Positions 1-11,419 are shown, numbered from the whole stretch's first letter. The stretch: 63,492 bases of DNA, filler included, from Reclinomonas americana ATCC 50394 (GCA_048213135.1; 21 parts of 21 records of this genome joined end to end with filler, not necessarily neighbours in it), one strand, 5' to 3'. Program-made: numbers and translations. Notes: generated by a model not told the origin, from the letters alone.

Positions 1-1704
1 ATCCGAAATGCGCTCGCCTCGACCGCCGACGAGATGGCGCTGATCGTGATGCGCTCGGCCTATTCGCCCGTCGTGCGCGACATCATGGATTACTCGACCG
101 CGCTCTGCGATGCGAAGGGCCGGGTGATCGCGCAGGGTCTGACCCTGCCGATCCAGCTCTGCTCCTTCCCGCGCATCATGGGCTTCGTCAGGGAGCGCTA
201 TGGCGACCGGCTGAAGCCGGGCGATGTGCTGATCGCCAACGACCCCTACGGCTCCGGCGGCCAGCATCTGCCCGATATCTACATCCTGAAGCCGATCTTC
301 GTCGGCGGCCGGCTCGCAGGCTTCGCCGCGACGGTGGCGCATCACACCGATCTCGGCGGCATCGTGCCCGGCTCGGTCGCGATCTACGCGACCGAGATCC
401 AGCAGGAAGGCCTGCGCCTGCCGCTGCTCAAGCTCTACGAGGCCGGCGAGCCGGTCGACTCGGTCTTCCGCATCATCGAGGCGAACACACGTTCGCCAGT
501 CGAGGTCCTCGGCGACATCCGGGCCCAGATCGCCGCCTGCAATGTCGCGGAGGAGGGGCTGAAGACGCTGATCGGCCGCTATGGCGCGCTGGAGCTCGAC
601 GCCTATATCGACGCGCTGCACGACCACGCCGAGGCGATGATGCGCGACGTCATCCGGGCCTTGCCGAACGGCGTCTATCGCGCCACCGACTATATCGACG
701 GCGTCGGCGAGAACCCGCAGCCGCTGCCGATCGTCGCGACCGTCACCGTCGCCGACGACACGATCGACATCGATTTTACCGGCACGGCCGACCAGGTCGC
801 GGCCTCGATCAACTGCCCGATCTCACTGCCGGAATCGGCGTCCTTCTGCGCGATACGCTGCCTCTCCCAGCAGGACATTCCGAATTGCGAGGGCTATCTC
901 AGGCCGATCACGGTTCGCGCACCCGAGGGCTGCCTGGTCAATCCGCGCTATCCGGCCGCCTGCGGCGCTCGCGGCGTCGTCGGCTACCGCGTCTTCGATG
1001 CGATCATGCAGGCGCTCGCGCAGATCGTGCCGGAACGGGCCATGGGCGGCTCCGAGGGCGGGCCCTATCTGCTGGCCGCCGGCGGCACGCATGAAGGGCG
1101 GCCCTTCGTGCTCAACGAGATGGTGGTCGGCACCTGGGGCGCCCGCGCCGGCAAGGACGGCATCGAGGGCATCTCCAACCCCGCCGCCAATCTCTCCAAC
1201 CAGCCGGTCGAGATGATCGAGGCCGACATGCCGGTCGAGGTGCTGCGCTACGGCCTCGTGCCGGATACCGGCGGTCCCGGCGAGTTCCGTGGCGGGCTCT
1301 CCTTCATCCGGGAGTTCCGCTTTCTCGCGCCGATCCGCTTCGTGCTGCGCGGCGACCGGCGCGACCACCCGCCCTTCGGCTTCGAGGGTGGCAGCCCGGG
1401 CGCTCCCTCCGCTCACATTTTGATCCGCGCCGACGGCACGGAGCAGAGCCTGCCGACCATGCCGATGGAGAGCTTCACGGCGCGAGCCGGCGACGTCTTC
1501 CGCCTGATCGGCGCCGGAGGCGGCGGCTATGGCGATGTGCTGCGGCGCGATCCGATCCGCATCGAGGACGATCTGCGCGAGGGCAAGGTCACGGCGGAGG
1601 GCGCCGCGCGTGATTACGGCGTGGTCTTCGCCGCCGATGGCGCAACAATCGATCAGGCAGCCACCATGCGTCGGCGGGCCGAACTTGCGGAGGCTAGGAC
1701 ATGA
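1..1704 (+). CDS. Hydantoinase B/oxoprolinase family protein (5'-truncated)
   Basis: Motifs NDPYGSGGQHLPD, AHHTDLGG, QEGLRLP, PVEMIE, DTGGPGEFRGG, GGGGYGD; frame is open from position 1. Confidence 0.92.
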   Translation: MRNALASTADEMALIVMRSAYSPVVRDIMDYSTALCDAKGRVIAQGLTLPIQLCSFPRIMGFVRERYGDRLKPGDVLIANDPYGSGGQHLPDIYILKPIFVGGRLAGFAATVAHHTDLGGIVPGSVAIYATEIQQEGLRLPLLKLYEAGEPVDSVFRIIEANTRSPVEVLGDIRAQIAACNVAEEGLKTLIGRYGALELDAYIDALHDHAEAMMRDVIRALPNGVYRATDYIDGVGENPQPLPIVATVTVADDTIDIDFTGTADQVAASINCPISLPESASFCAIRCLSQQDIPNCEGYLRPITVRAPEGCLVNPRYPAACGARGVVGYRVFDAIMQALAQIVPERAMGGSEGGPYLLAAGGTHEGRPFVLNEMVVGTWGARAGKDGIEGISNPAANLSNQPVEMIEADMPVEVLRYGLVPDTGGPGEFRGGLSFIREFRFLAPIRFVLRGDRRDHPPFGFEGGSPGAPSAHILIRADGTEQSLPTMPMESFTARAGDVFRLIGAGGGGYGDVLRRDPIRIEDDLREGKVTAEGAARDYGVVFAADGATIDQAATMRRRAELAEART

Positions 1705-1954
1705 GCAAGGCCCTGTTCGGTGCGGCTGCCCTCAACGAAAAGCTCGTCAATCAGCCTGGCAGCCGGGCGCGGCTGGAGACGCCGGCCGCTGTGCTCGACC
1801 TCGACCTGTTCGAGCACAACATCGCGCTGATGGCGGAAACCTGCCGCAAGGCCGGGCTGAACCTCAGGCCGCATGCGAAATCGCATAAATGCGCCGAGAT
1901 CACCCGCCGGCAGATGGCGTCCGGCGCGCTCGGCAATTGCTGCGCCAAGCCGGG
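1701..1954 (+). CDS. DSD1/D-threonine-aldolase-family PLP enzyme (fold III), N-terminal fragment
   Basis: LETPAAVLDLD...LRPHAKSHKC motif; ATGA overlap with upstream stop; cut by linker. Confidence 0.85.
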
Positions 1955-2055
1955 NNNNNNNNNNNNNNNNNNNNNNNNNNNNNNNNNNNNNNNNNNNNTT
2001 AATTAATTAANNNNNNNNNNNNNNNNNNNNNNNNNNNNNNNNNNNNNNNNNNNNC
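1955..2055. other. Artificial contig linker (N-run, TTAATTAATTAA, N-run); recurs at every gap in the window
   Basis: Identical 12-mer giving stops in all six frames, flanked by N runs at every break (e.g. 3174, 5977, 13434, 17952, 61327). Confidence 0.98.
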
Positions 2056-2576
2056 CGGCGCGCGACGGCTTCTTCCCTGGTACCGGCATCGCCATGGCGC
2101 TGCCGCGGGTCTCGACCAATCTGATGGCGGGTCTGATCGAGACCATCGCCGGCGCACCCTACAAGGGCGAGGCCGACCTGCCGCCGCTCGCGGCCGAACT
2201 GCATCTGGAGATCGACGATCTCTTCCCGGTGGCCGAGACGCTGCAGCTGCTGCGCTTCGCCGATCTCGAAGGCGGCGACATCAGGCTGACCGCCGCCGGC
2301 TTGCGTTTCGCCGACGCCGATGTCGATGGGCGCAAGCGCCTGTTCGCCCAGCAGCTCGCGGCCTATGTGCCGCTCGCCGCCCATATCAGGCGGGTGCTCG
2401 ACGAGCGCTCCAGCCACAAGGCACCGGCGCCGCGCTTCCGCGACGAGCTCGAGGATCACATGTCGGAGGACTACGCTGCGACGACATTGAAGGCGGTGAC
2501 GAACTGGGCCCGCTATGGCGAGTACTTCGCCTATGACGAGGGAGCCGACCTGTTCACGCTGGACAATCCGAGCTGA
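2056..2576 (+). CDS. C-terminal AAA-associated domain of nitrate/sulfonate ABC transporter ATP-binding protein (fragment)
   Basis: GEADLPPLAAELHLEIDDLFPVAE...NWARYGEYFAYD is typical of this domain. Confidence 0.8.
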
Positions 2577-2655
2577 CGCCCGGGCTGGACAGACTGGCCT
2601 GCGGCCTGTCTTGTCCGATCGGACGATCAGGCGGGCCGGCGGCGAAGGGCTAGGC

Positions 2656-3829
2656 ATGAGGCGCGATCGCGAGCGCATGCGCATCGAAAGACCATGGCTC
2701 TGGCTCGGCCTGATCGCGACGGTAGCCGCGATCTTCTTGGCCGACACCTTCACCAGCCTGGAGATTGCAGTCGCCGTCCTCTATGTCGCGGTGATCCTGA
2801 TCTCGGTCAGGTTCGACCGGCCCGTTGTTGTCGTCTCATTCGGCGCAGCCAGCGCGCTGCTGACGGTGTTGAGCTATCTGCTGACGCCGCGCGGAATCCA
2901 GGAGACCGGCCTGGCGAACGGAGCGCTCAGCCTGATCGCCATCGGCGCGACCACCTATCTCGCCTTGCGGATCGAGGCGGCGGAGGCGCGCGTCCGCCAG
3001 ACCCAGGCCGAGCTCGCCCATATGGCGCGCGTCACCGCCATGGGCGAATTGACCGCCTCGATCGCGCACGAAGTCAGCCAGCCGCTCGCCGGGATCGTCG
3101 CCAGCGGTCATGCCGCGCTGCGCTGGCTCGCGGCGACGCCGCCGGATGCCGGTGAGGTTCGGCGAGCGTTGGAANNNNNNNNNNNNNNNNNNNNNNNNNN
3201 NNNNNNNNNNNNNNNNNNTTAATTAATTAANNNNNNNNNNNNNNNNNNNNNNNNNNNNNNNNNNNNNNNNNNNNGTCGTCGCCGATGCCGACCGCGCCGG
3301 TGAGGTGATCGGCCGCGTGCGCAACCTCGTGGCCAAGGCTCCGCCTTCTCGCGACAGGCTCGATCTGGTCGCGCTGATCGAGGAGGTTCTGGCACTGACC
3401 CGTGGCGAGCTGCGCAGAAACCACGTGACGTTGCAAACCGATCTCGCCGATGACCTGCCGCGACCGCTCGGCGACAAGGTCCAACTGCAGCAGGTGGTGC
3501 TTAACCTTGTGATCAACGCGGCCGAAGCGATGGGCGGGCTGGAGACAGGGCCGCGTGACCTGCTGGTCGGAGCCGCCAGCGATGGCCGCACGATCACGGT
3601 GAGCGTCCGCGACACCGGCGTCAGCCTGTCGCCGGCCGCGATCGCTCAGGTGTTCGAGGCCTTCCACTCGACCAAGCCGGGCGGGATGGGCATGGGCCTG
3701 GCGATCAGCCGCTCGATCGTCGAGGCGCATGGCGGGACGATCTATGCCGCCGCCAATCATCCGCGCGGGATGGTCTTCGGCTTCACCTTGCCGGTTGCCG
3801 GCACGGCATTGGATCGACAGCATGGATAA
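2656..3829 (+). CDS. Membrane sensor histidine kinase (split by linker)
   Basis: N-terminal TM segments, H-box GELTASIAHEVSQPL; next contig carries QQVVLNLVINA, DTG, FHSTKPGGMGMGLAIS. Confidence 0.9.
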
Positions 3830-4451
3830 GCAGCCAGCCACCGTCTTCGTCGTCGACGACGACCTCTCCGTCCGCGAAGGGCTCGACAGCCTGTTCCGCT
3901 CGGTCGGCTATGCGGTGTCGGCGTTTGCCTCGGTGCGGGAGTTCGCCCTGGCCCGGAGGCCTGACACGCCGTCCTGCCTCGTCCTCGATGTCAGAATGCC
4001 CGGCCCGAGCGGCATGGATTTCCAGGCCGAGCTCGCCGCGCTGAACGATCCGATCCCGATCGTCTTCCTCACCGGCCATGGCGACGTGCCGATGGCCGTG
4101 CGGGCGATCAAGGCCGGGGCGGTCGAGTTCCTGCTGAAGCCGTTCCGCGAGCAGGACCTGCTCGATGCGGTGCGTGTGGCGATCGAGAACGATGTCACAA
4201 GGCGCCGTGACGAAGCGGCGCTCGCCGAGCTGAAAGAGCGCTTTGCGACGCTGACGGTGCGGGAGAAGGAGGTGCTCGCCTTCGTCGCGCAAGGGCGTCT
4301 CAACAAGCAGATCGCGGCCGATCTCGGCCTCAGCGAGGTGACGGTGAAGGTCCATCGCGGCCAGGTGATGCGGAAGATGGGCGCCGCGACCTTGGCCGAG
4401 CTGGTCCGGCTCGCCGACCTCATCTCCGGCAAGGAGCAGGCGGTCCGATGA
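3822..4451 (+). CDS. FixJ/NodW-family response regulator (REC + LuxR HTH)
   Basis: VFVVDDD, LVLDVRMPG, LTVREKEVL...NKQIAADLGLSEVTVKVHRG; overlaps kinase stop. Confidence 0.92.
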   Translation: MDKQPATVFVVDDDLSVREGLDSLFRSVGYAVSAFASVREFALARRPDTPSCLVLDVRMPGPSGMDFQAELAALNDPIPIVFLTGHGDVPMAVRAIKAGAVEFLLKPFREQDLLDAVRVAIENDVTRRRDEAALAELKERFATLTVREKEVLAFVAQGRLNKQIAADLGLSEVTVKVHRGQVMRKMGAATLAELVRLADLISGKEQAVR

Positions 4452-5410
4452 GGGTGGACGTTCTCGGACTGCAGGCCTTCGTCAGCATCGCCGAGCGCGG
4501 TAGCTTTCGCGCAGCGGCTTCGCATCTCAACCTGTCGCAGACGGCGCTCAGCCACCGCATCCGCAAGCTGGAGGAGTCGCTGGGCACCCCGCTCTTCCTG
4601 CGGACGACACGGCAGGTCTCGCTGACCGCGGCCGGCACGACGCTGCTGCCGCGGGCGCGGCGCATCTTCGAGGACCTGGGCTTCGCCATCAACGAGGTCA
4701 GGGTCGAGCTGCGCGAGGGCGACGAGCAGGTCTCGCTCGGCTGCCTGCCGACGGTGGCGGCCCATTGCATGCCAGCGGTGATCGCCGCCTTCGCCGCGCG
4801 CCATCCGGGCGTCGGCGTCAGGATTCACGACAACTCCGCCTCCGAGATCGCCGACAAGGTCCAGTCGGGCGAGGCCGAGTTCGGCGTCACCATCGTCGCC
4901 GCCAATCGCTGGGACCTCGAGCTGAAGCCGGTGGTCAAGGAGCCCTTCGTTCTGGTCAGCCACCGCGCGATGCCGCTGGCGCAGGCGGCTTCGCTGACCT
5001 GGGCGCAGTTGCAGGACGAGCCGCTGGTGCGGATCAGCGCCGAGACCGGCAACCGCATCCTGATCGACGATGCGCTCGGCGCAAGGCGCGAGAGCCTGAC
5101 CTGGCGCTACGAGGTCCAGCGCGTCGTCACCGCGGTCAGCCTGGTGCGCTCGCGCATCGGTTATGCCGTGGTGCCGCAGCTTTCGCTCGATGTCGTCGAT
5201 GCCGGGGAGCTGGTCGCCGTTCCCTTGCGCTCGCCGGCCGTGACCCGCACGCTCGGCATCATCACGCGCAAATCCGTGCCGCTGCGCCCGGTGACGCGTG
5301 ACCTGATCGCGCTGCTGAGCCAGGTGTTGAAGCGCAGCATCGCGCCGCGGCGAGATGAAGAAAGTAATCAATCGCTGCATTCTTATCATTTGATGGCAGA
5401 ATGGCTTTGA
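4448..5410 (+). CDS. LysR-family transcriptional regulator
   Basis: N-terminal HTH GSFRAAASHLNLSQTALSHRIRKLEESLG..LFLRTTRQV; ATGA overlap with the response regulator. Confidence 0.93.
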   Translation: MRVDVLGLQAFVSIAERGSFRAAASHLNLSQTALSHRIRKLEESLGTPLFLRTTRQVSLTAAGTTLLPRARRIFEDLGFAINEVRVELREGDEQVSLGCLPTVAAHCMPAVIAAFAARHPGVGVRIHDNSASEIADKVQSGEAEFGVTIVAANRWDLELKPVVKEPFVLVSHRAMPLAQAASLTWAQLQDEPLVRISAETGNRILIDDALGARRESLTWRYEVQRVVTAVSLVRSRIGYAVVPQLSLDVVDAGELVAVPLRSPAVTRTLGIITRKSVPLRPVTRDLIALLSQVLKRSIAPRRDEESNQSLHSYHLMAEWL

Positions 5411-5453
5411 CCGAACCTCCTTGCGGGACGAAATGCGCGAGGAGAGGCCAGCC

Positions 5454-5976
5454 ATGGCATGCGCCAACACGAGTGCGATCGCCTTTATCGGCTTCGGCGA
5501 GGTCGGCCAGACCTTCTCGCGCGGCCTCTTGGCCAATGAAGGCATCGCCATTCGTGCCTATGACCTGCTCTTCGGCAGCGAGGCCGGTAGCCGGCTCGAA
5601 GCGGCGGCGCAGGAACTCGGCGTCGCCTGTTCGTCCTCGGCGCAGGAAGCCTGCGCAGGCGCGACCTTCGTGTTTTCGGTCGGTCACTGCCGACCGCGCC
5701 GAAGCGGTGGCTACCGAAGCCGCAGCCTGGCTGAAGCCCGGCCAGGCCTTCGTCGACGTCAATTCCGCTGCGCCCTCGACCAACGCAGCGGGCAGCGCAG
5801 GCTGTGACCGCAAGCGGTGCCGACTATCTCGAAGCCGCGGTGATGGCGCCGGTGTTGAAGCCGGCCTCAAGGTCGCGATCCTCAGCGGTGGTCCCAAGGC
5901 GCAGGCCGCGTCCGAGGCGCTCACGGCTCGGCGAGTGACCGTCGACGCCGGTGTCGGAGGTCGTACTGGCCGGGCG
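5454..5976 (+). CDS. NAD(P)-dependent oxidoreductase (3-hydroxyisobutyrate dehydrogenase-like), frameshifted fragment
   Basis: RBS GAGGAGA; IAFIGFGEVG Rossmann motif; continuation (VTADRAEAVA...FVDVNSAAP, YLEAAVMAPV) moves between frames near the contig end. Confidence 0.75.
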
Positions 5977-6076
5977 NNNNNNNNNNNNNNNNNNNNNNNN
6001 NNNNNNNNNNNNNNNNNNNNTTAATTAATTAANNNNNNNNNNNNNNNNNNNNNNNNNNNNNNNNNNNNNNNNNNNN

Positions 6077-7049
6077 GCTGGCGGTGATGGGCTCGCCCGA
6101 CAAGCGTCAGGTCGACGGGCTTGGCGGCGCCCATCCTCTCACCAGCAAGGTCGCGATCGTCTCACCGTCGGACGAGCCCGGCTGCGATATCGACTTCCTG
6201 TTCGCGCAGGTCGGCGTCGAGACCGCTTCGGTCGATACGACGCCGAACTGCGGCAACATCCTAGCCGGGATCGGGCCGTTCGCTTTGGCGCGGGGACTGG
6301 TCAAGGCGAGCGGTGCGCGCACGACGGTGCGGGTCCGGACGATCAATACCGGCACGATCGCCGATCTCACTATGGATACGCCGGATGGCGAGGCGAGCGC
6401 CGAGGGTGCAGCGCGCATTGACGGCGTGCCGGGAACCTCGGCGCCGATCGATATCGGCTTCCTCGATGCCGAGGGCTCGGTTTGCGGGGCGCTCTTGCCG
6501 ACCGGAAACGTCGTCGACGTGATCGAGGGCGTGCCCTGCACCCTGATCGACAACGGCATGCCGGTGGTCGTGATGCGGGCCACGGATGTCGGCCGCACCG
6601 GCTACGAGCCGCGCGACCAGCTCAACGAGGATGCCGAGCTCAAGGCCAGGATCGAGGCCATCCGTCTTGCGGCCGGGCCGCTGATGAAACTCGGCGACGT
6701 CGCCAGGAAGGTCGTGCCGAAGATCGCGCTGGTCGCGCCGCCGCAGGCCGGTGGTGCTATCTGCACACGCAGCTTCATCCCGCATGAATGCCATGCCTCG
6801 ATCGGCGTCTTCGCCGCGGTGACGGTCGCGACTGCGGCCGCGCTGCCTGGCTCGCCCGCAGCCTCCGTCGTGGTGATGCCGGAGGGGCGCGAGCGGACGC
6901 TTTCGGTCGAGCACCCGACCGGCGAGTTCACGGTGACGCTGACGGTCGGGGGAACCGCGGAGCAGCCGGTGATTGAGCGGGCGGGGCTGCTGCGCACCGC
7001 GCGCATCCTGATGGCCGGGCAGGCCTTCGTGCCGGCCGGCAGAGTGTGA
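6077..7049 (+). CDS. galD: 4-oxalomesaconate tautomerase (PrpF/FldA family), 5'-truncated
   Basis: MGSPD.RQVDGLGGAHPLTSKVAIV, NCGNILAG, IDNGMPVV, RSFIPHECHASIG, VEHPTG. Confidence 0.88.
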
Positions 7050-7065
7050 GAGAGGAGCGCACGTA

Positions 7066-7788
7066 ATGAGCGCCCAGAAGACAGGCCTGGTCATTACCGC
7101 CCATCCGGGCGATTTCGTCTGGCGCGCTGGCGGAGCTATCGCGCTGCACGCCAAACGGGGCATGCGCGTCAAGATCCTCTGCCTGTCCTATGGCGAGCGC
7201 GGCGAGAGCCAGTTCGCCTGGAAAAAAGCGGGCGTGCAGATGGCCGAGGTCAAGGCGCAGCGCCGCGAGGAGGCGGAGGCGGCAGCTGCGCTCCTCGGCG
7301 CCGAGATCGAGTTCATGGATGCCGGCGACTATCCGCTGCGCACCACCGAGCCGATGCTGGAGCGCGCCATCGACATCTTCCACGAGATGAACCCGAGCTT
7401 CGTGCTGACCCACGCGCTCGAAGACCCCTATAATGTCGACCATCCCGAGGCGACGCGCTTCGCCCAGGAGGCCCGCATCATTGCGCAGGCCGCCGGCCAC
7501 AAACCCGATCCCGGCCGCGCCTATGCCGCCCCGCCGGTCTTCCTGTTCGAGCCGCATCAGCCCGAGCAGTGCAACTTCAAGCCGAACGTGATCCTCAACA
7601 TCGACGAGGTCTGGGAGCAGAAGCGCAAGGCGTTCGAGATCCTCGCGGCGCAGAAGCATCTCTGGGAATACTACACCCGCGTCGCGCTGAACCGCGGCAT
7701 GCAGGGCGGGCGCAACTCCGGCAAGGCGATGACCTATGGCGAGGCCTATCAGCGCCTCTTCCCGGAAGCATTGGAGACGCTGGCATGA
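7066..7788 (+). CDS. galB: 4-oxalomesaconate hydratase (PIG-L family)
   Basis: [39 protein letters not shown]; sits between galD and the aldolase. Confidence 0.85.
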   Translation: MSAQKTGLVITAHPGDFVWRAGGAIALHAKRGMRVKILCLSYGERGESQFAWKKAGVQMAEVKAQRREEAEAAAALLGAEIEFMDAGDYPLRTTEPMLERAIDIFHEMNPSFVLTHALEDPYNVDHPEATRFAQEARIIAQAAGHKPDPGRAYAAPPVFLFEPHQPEQCNFKPNVILNIDEVWEQKRKAFEILAAQKHLWEYYTRVALNRGMQGGRNSGKAMTYGEAYQRLFPEALETLA

Positions 7789-8164
7789 ACCCCGTCGTCA
7801 TCCGCACCAGGAAGCGCGCCCCGGCCGCGGCGATGGCCGATCTCGCCGCGCTCGGCGTCTCGACCACGCATGAGGCGATGGGCCGGAGCGGCCTGCTGAA
7901 ACCCTATATGCGGCCGATCTATGCCGGCGCGCAGATCGCTGGCGGGGCGGTGACGGTGCTGGCCCAGCCCGGCGACAACTGGATGATCCATGTCGCGATC
8001 GAGCAGGTGCTGCCCGGCGATGTGCTCGTCGTCGCCTGCACGACCGACAATACCGACGGCATGTTCGGCGACCTCTTGGCGACATCGCTCCAGGCGCGCG
8101 GCGGCATCGGCCTTATCATTGATGCCGGGGTGCGCGATGTCCGCACGCTGACCGAAATGGGCTT
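7785..8164 (+). CDS. galC: 4-carboxy-4-hydroxy-2-oxoadipate (HMG/CHA) aldolase, N-terminal fragment
   Basis: [52 protein letters not shown] (RraA-like LigK/GalC). Confidence 0.88.
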
Positions 8165-8263
8165 NNNNNNNNNNNNNNNNNNNNNNNNNNNNNNNNNNNN
8201 NNNNNNNNTTAATTAATTAANNNNNNNNNNNNNNNNNNNNNNNNNNNNNNNNNNNNNNNNNNN

Positions 8264-9289
8264 NCGACCTTCGACCCGACGCCGCAGCTCTCCAATCCCG
8301 GCGACCTGAAATTCTCCTCGACCATGGAGGCGCTGCGGCGCGAGGCGCGCAAGCTGAAGAGCGAGGGCGCCGACATCCTCGTCGCGGTGGTGCATGCCGA
8401 CCGGGCGATGGACTACGAGATCGTACGCTCGCGCGTCGTCGACATCGTGCTGACCGGCCACGACCACGATCTCGCCATCGCCTATGACGGCAAGGTGGTG
8501 ATGGTCGAGTCGAACGAGGAGGGCAATTACGTCACCGCGATCGACATTGCCGCAAAGGCTTCGGGCGAGGGCGCCAATCGCAAGGTCGAGTGGACGCCGA
8601 CCTTCCGCGTCAACGACAGCCGCGCCGCGACGCCCGATCCCGAGGTCGCCGCCATCGTCAAGGGCTATGAAAGCGAGCTCTCGAAGGAGCTCGACATCGA
8701 GATCGGGACGCTGGGCGCCCCGCTCGATTCCCGCACTAGCGTGATTCGCTCGCAGGAGACGGCCATCGGCAACCTGATCGCCGATGCGATCCGGGCCGCG
8801 ACCGGCGCGCAGCTCGCCATCACCAATGCCGGCGGCATCCGCGCCAACAAGCAGTATCCCGCCGGCCACAAGCTGACGCGGCGCGACGTGCTGAGCGAAC
8901 TGCCCTTCGGCAATGCGACGTCCATGGTCGAGATCACTGGCAAGGATGTGAAGGACGCGATCGAGAACGGGTTGCGCGATGCGCCGCAGGGTGCCGGCCG
9001 TTTCCCGGTGGTGTCCGGCCTTTCCTTCGAGGCCGACCTCAAGCAGCCGCAGGGCTCGCGCGTCATCTCGGTGAAGGTCGACGGCAAGGAGATCGATCCG
9101 GCCGGCAAATACACGGTCGCCACCAACAACTTCATGCTGACCGGCGGCGACGGCTACACCGCGCTCGGCCGCGGCAAGACGCTGATCGGCATGACCGACG
9201 GCAAGCTGATGGCGAATGAGGTAATGGTCTATATCCGCCGGCTCGGCACGGTCGAGGCCAAAGTCGAGGGACGGGCTGTCCTGAAGTGA
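8264..9289 (+). CDS. Bifunctional metallophosphatase/5'-nucleotidase, C-terminal part
   Basis: VLTGHDHD, ETAIGNLIADA, NAGGIR, LPFGN, GRFPVVSG, TNNFMLTGGDGY. Confidence 0.9.
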   Translation, partial: XTFDPTPQLSNPGDLKFSSTMEALRREARKLKSEGADILVAVVHADRAMDYEIVRSRVVDIVLTGHDHDLAIAYDGKVVMVESNEEGNYVTAIDIAAKASGEGANRKVEWTPTFRVNDSRAATPDPEVAAIVKGYESELSKELDIEIGTLGAPLDSRTSVIRSQETAIGNLIADAIRAATGAQLAITNAGGIRANKQYPAGHKLTRRDVLSELPFGNATSMVEITGKDVKDAIENGLRDAPQGAGRFPVVSGLSFEADLKQPQGSRVISVKVDGKEIDPAGKYTVATNNFMLTGGDGYTALGRGKTLIGMTDGKLMANEVMVYIRRLGTVEAKVEGRAVLK

Positions 9290-9448
9290 GTGGCTATCGC
9301 GCGGCGCTCGACGCCTTCCTGGCCGCGCCGGTGTCCGTTTCCTGGCGCNNNNNNNNNNNNNNNNNNNNNNNNNNNNNNNNNNNNNNNNNNNNTTAATTAA
9401 TTAANNNNNNNNNNNNNNNNNNNNNNNNNNNNNNNNNNNNNNNNNNNN

Positions 9449-10368
9449 GCCTCGTAGACGAACAGCGTCGATTTGTCGTCATCGGGCATGAAATAGGCGC
9501 GCACGCCGTCGCCTGACGGCTCGACCCAGAACGGGTTCTGCGTCATCGGCAGGCCCGAGGGCGACCAGAGCTCGACCGGCAGCTGGAAGACCGGGCGGTT
9601 GTCCTTGAGATCGACGATCTCGAAGCCGCCGAGGCGGAAGACCGGGCCGTCCTTGCTGGCGCGGTAGTTGTTGAGGCCGGAGCAGAGCATCCGGCTCATG
9701 CCGATGAAGTGGCAGTCCTGATAGTCGATATAGAGCGCCGGATTGGCGACGCGCAGGCTCTCCGGCGCGGCATCGGCATTGGTGACCTTGCCGTCGGCGC
9801 CGAGCGGCCAGGCGTAGAAGCGGCGCGAGCCCCAGCTGACGCCGTGCAGCGACTTGCCGTCGGTGTTGTGGACGATGCCGCCGACATGGTCCTTGAAGCG
9901 GAAGACCTCTGTCGCCTTCAGCGTCTGCGGATCGACCTTGTAGATGATCGACTGGCTGTTCGGCCGGTATTCGGCGACGGGGACCCAAAGGTCTTTGCCA
10001 TCGAAATCGATGCCGCCGGGGTGGTAGACGGAGCCCTCGCCGAGCGTGACGCTGCCGATGAGCTTGCCTTGGGCATCGACCTTGAAGAGATGGCCGGCGC
10101 CCTCGCCGGTGTCGCGGTCATAGCCGTCCTTCGGCTCGGTGTAGCGCGTCGTCGGCTTCCGGATCTCGACCGAGGAGATGAAGAAGGCATCGCCGATCTT
10201 GACCATGCCTTGCGGATGATGCGTCGGGAACTGCAGCGCGATCGCGGCAACTTGCGTCCACTGCGTCGACCGCGTCAGCTTCGGGAGCAGCGTGTTGAGC
10301 GCGGGGTCGGCGGCCTGTGCCGTCGTCGCCAGCGCTGCGGCTGCGAGCGCCATCATTGCGGTCTTCAT
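9449..10368 (-). CDS. Secreted protein, DUF6454-like (3'-truncated)
   Basis: Signal peptide; HPQGMVKIG, YHPGGIDFDG..LWVPVAEYRP, FKDHVGG, GVSWGSRRFY. Confidence 0.6.
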
Positions 10369-10446
10369 CGCGATCCTCCTCCGGCTGCCCCGTTATCGGG
10401 CGTTGCCGGCATAGTTGCGCTTCGTGACGAGGATGCAAAGCCGCGT

Positions 10447-10714
10447 TCAGCGCAGCGGGTCGTTCTCCAGGAGGATCGGCTTGCCATGCGGCGTCGCTTC
10501 GGCGGCGCGTCCCCAGGCGGCGGCTCGGGCGTCGACGCTCGTCTGCGAGGCGAGACCCTTCTCGATCAGGAGGTGCTCGAGCGCCTCGCACCAGCGCTCG
10601 TAATAATCGGAACCGTCGCGGCAACCGCCATTGGCCAGCGCCTCGCGGATCTCGCCGCCGAGCGCCTGCGCCCATTCGTCGGCGCTGAAGACGCCACGGT
10701 TCTGCAGGGCGACG
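10447..10714 (-). CDS. Nitrile hydratase accessory protein (NHase beta-like), C-terminal fragment; absent from the ORF track
   Basis: Hand translation: VALQNRGVFSADEWAQALG...DYYERWCEALEHLLIEKG...AWGRAAEATPHGKPILLEND. Confidence 0.8.
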
Positions 10715-10814
10715 NNNNNNNNNNNNNNNNNNNNNNNNNNNNNNNNNNNNNNNNNNNNTTAATTAATTAANNNNNNNNNNNNNNNNNNNNNNNNNNNNNN
10801 NNNNNNNNNNNNNN

Positions 10815-11068
10815 TCGATCGTGGCGAGGCTGCCGGCCGGACCACAGGCCTCGATCGCATGGACCTTGCCGCCGGGCTCGTGCACCAGCCAGAAGCCGTC
10901 GCCGCCGATCGCGTTCATATGGGGATAGACGACCGCGATGGTCGCGGCCATGGCGATCATCGCCTCGATCGCGTTGCCGCCCTCGGCGAGGATGGCGCGC
11001 CCCGCTTCTGAGGCGAGACGGTGGGGCGCCGCGACCGCGGCAGAGGCGAAAACCGGAGAATCGGGCAT
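10815..11068 (-). CDS. Gamma-glutamyltransferase family protein, N-terminal fragment
   Basis: APHRLASEAG..IL.EGGNAIEAMIAMAATIAVVYPHMNAIGGDGFWL. Confidence 0.88.
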
Positions 11069-11179
11069 CAGGTTCTTTTCATTCAGGCAGGCGGGACCAT
11101 ATGCCGGTAGGCGCGATTTTGTTGCATGCCGCCGCCGGCTAGGCTAGGCGGTCCGTGCATGGGTTCCGAGGGTAAAAGC

Positions 11180-11419
11180 ATGGCGGCTGGCCGCACCAAC
11201 TGGCGCAACGTGATCATGGTGGTCTCGCTCGCCATCCTGATCGCGGTCGAGATATTCGGCGTCGCGCTGGCGTCCGGCTGGGCGCTGGCTGGCCTGTTCG
11301 AACTCGGACATGGCGTCGCCTATGTGCTGATGGGGTTGTTCTCGGTGCTCGCCGCCTATGGGCTGGTGAATTTCATGCGCCGGGTCGTGAAGGTCGAGCG
11401 CCTGACCCACCGCGGCTGA
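11180..11419 (+). CDS. Small two-TM membrane protein
   Basis: 79-aa hydrophobic ORF, preceded by GAGGG. Confidence 0.6.
   Translation: MAAGRTNWRNVIMVVSLAILIAVEIFGVALASGWALAGLFELGHGVAYVLMGLFSVLAAYGLVNFMRRVVKVERLTHRG

Noticed and set aside
1999..2010. TTAATTAATTAA as a biological repeat, piggyBac TTAA site or CRISPR repeat
   Set aside because: Always embedded in N runs; it is a six-frame stop spacer.
3908..5551. 547-aa minus-strand ORF and similar long antisense ORFs
   Set aside because: Shadow frames of high-GC genes on the opposite strand with no recognisable motifs.
5680..5976. Programmed frameshift or pseudogene in the oxidoreductase
   Set aside because: Several indels cluster near a contig end with no slippery site, so low-coverage sequencing error is more likely.
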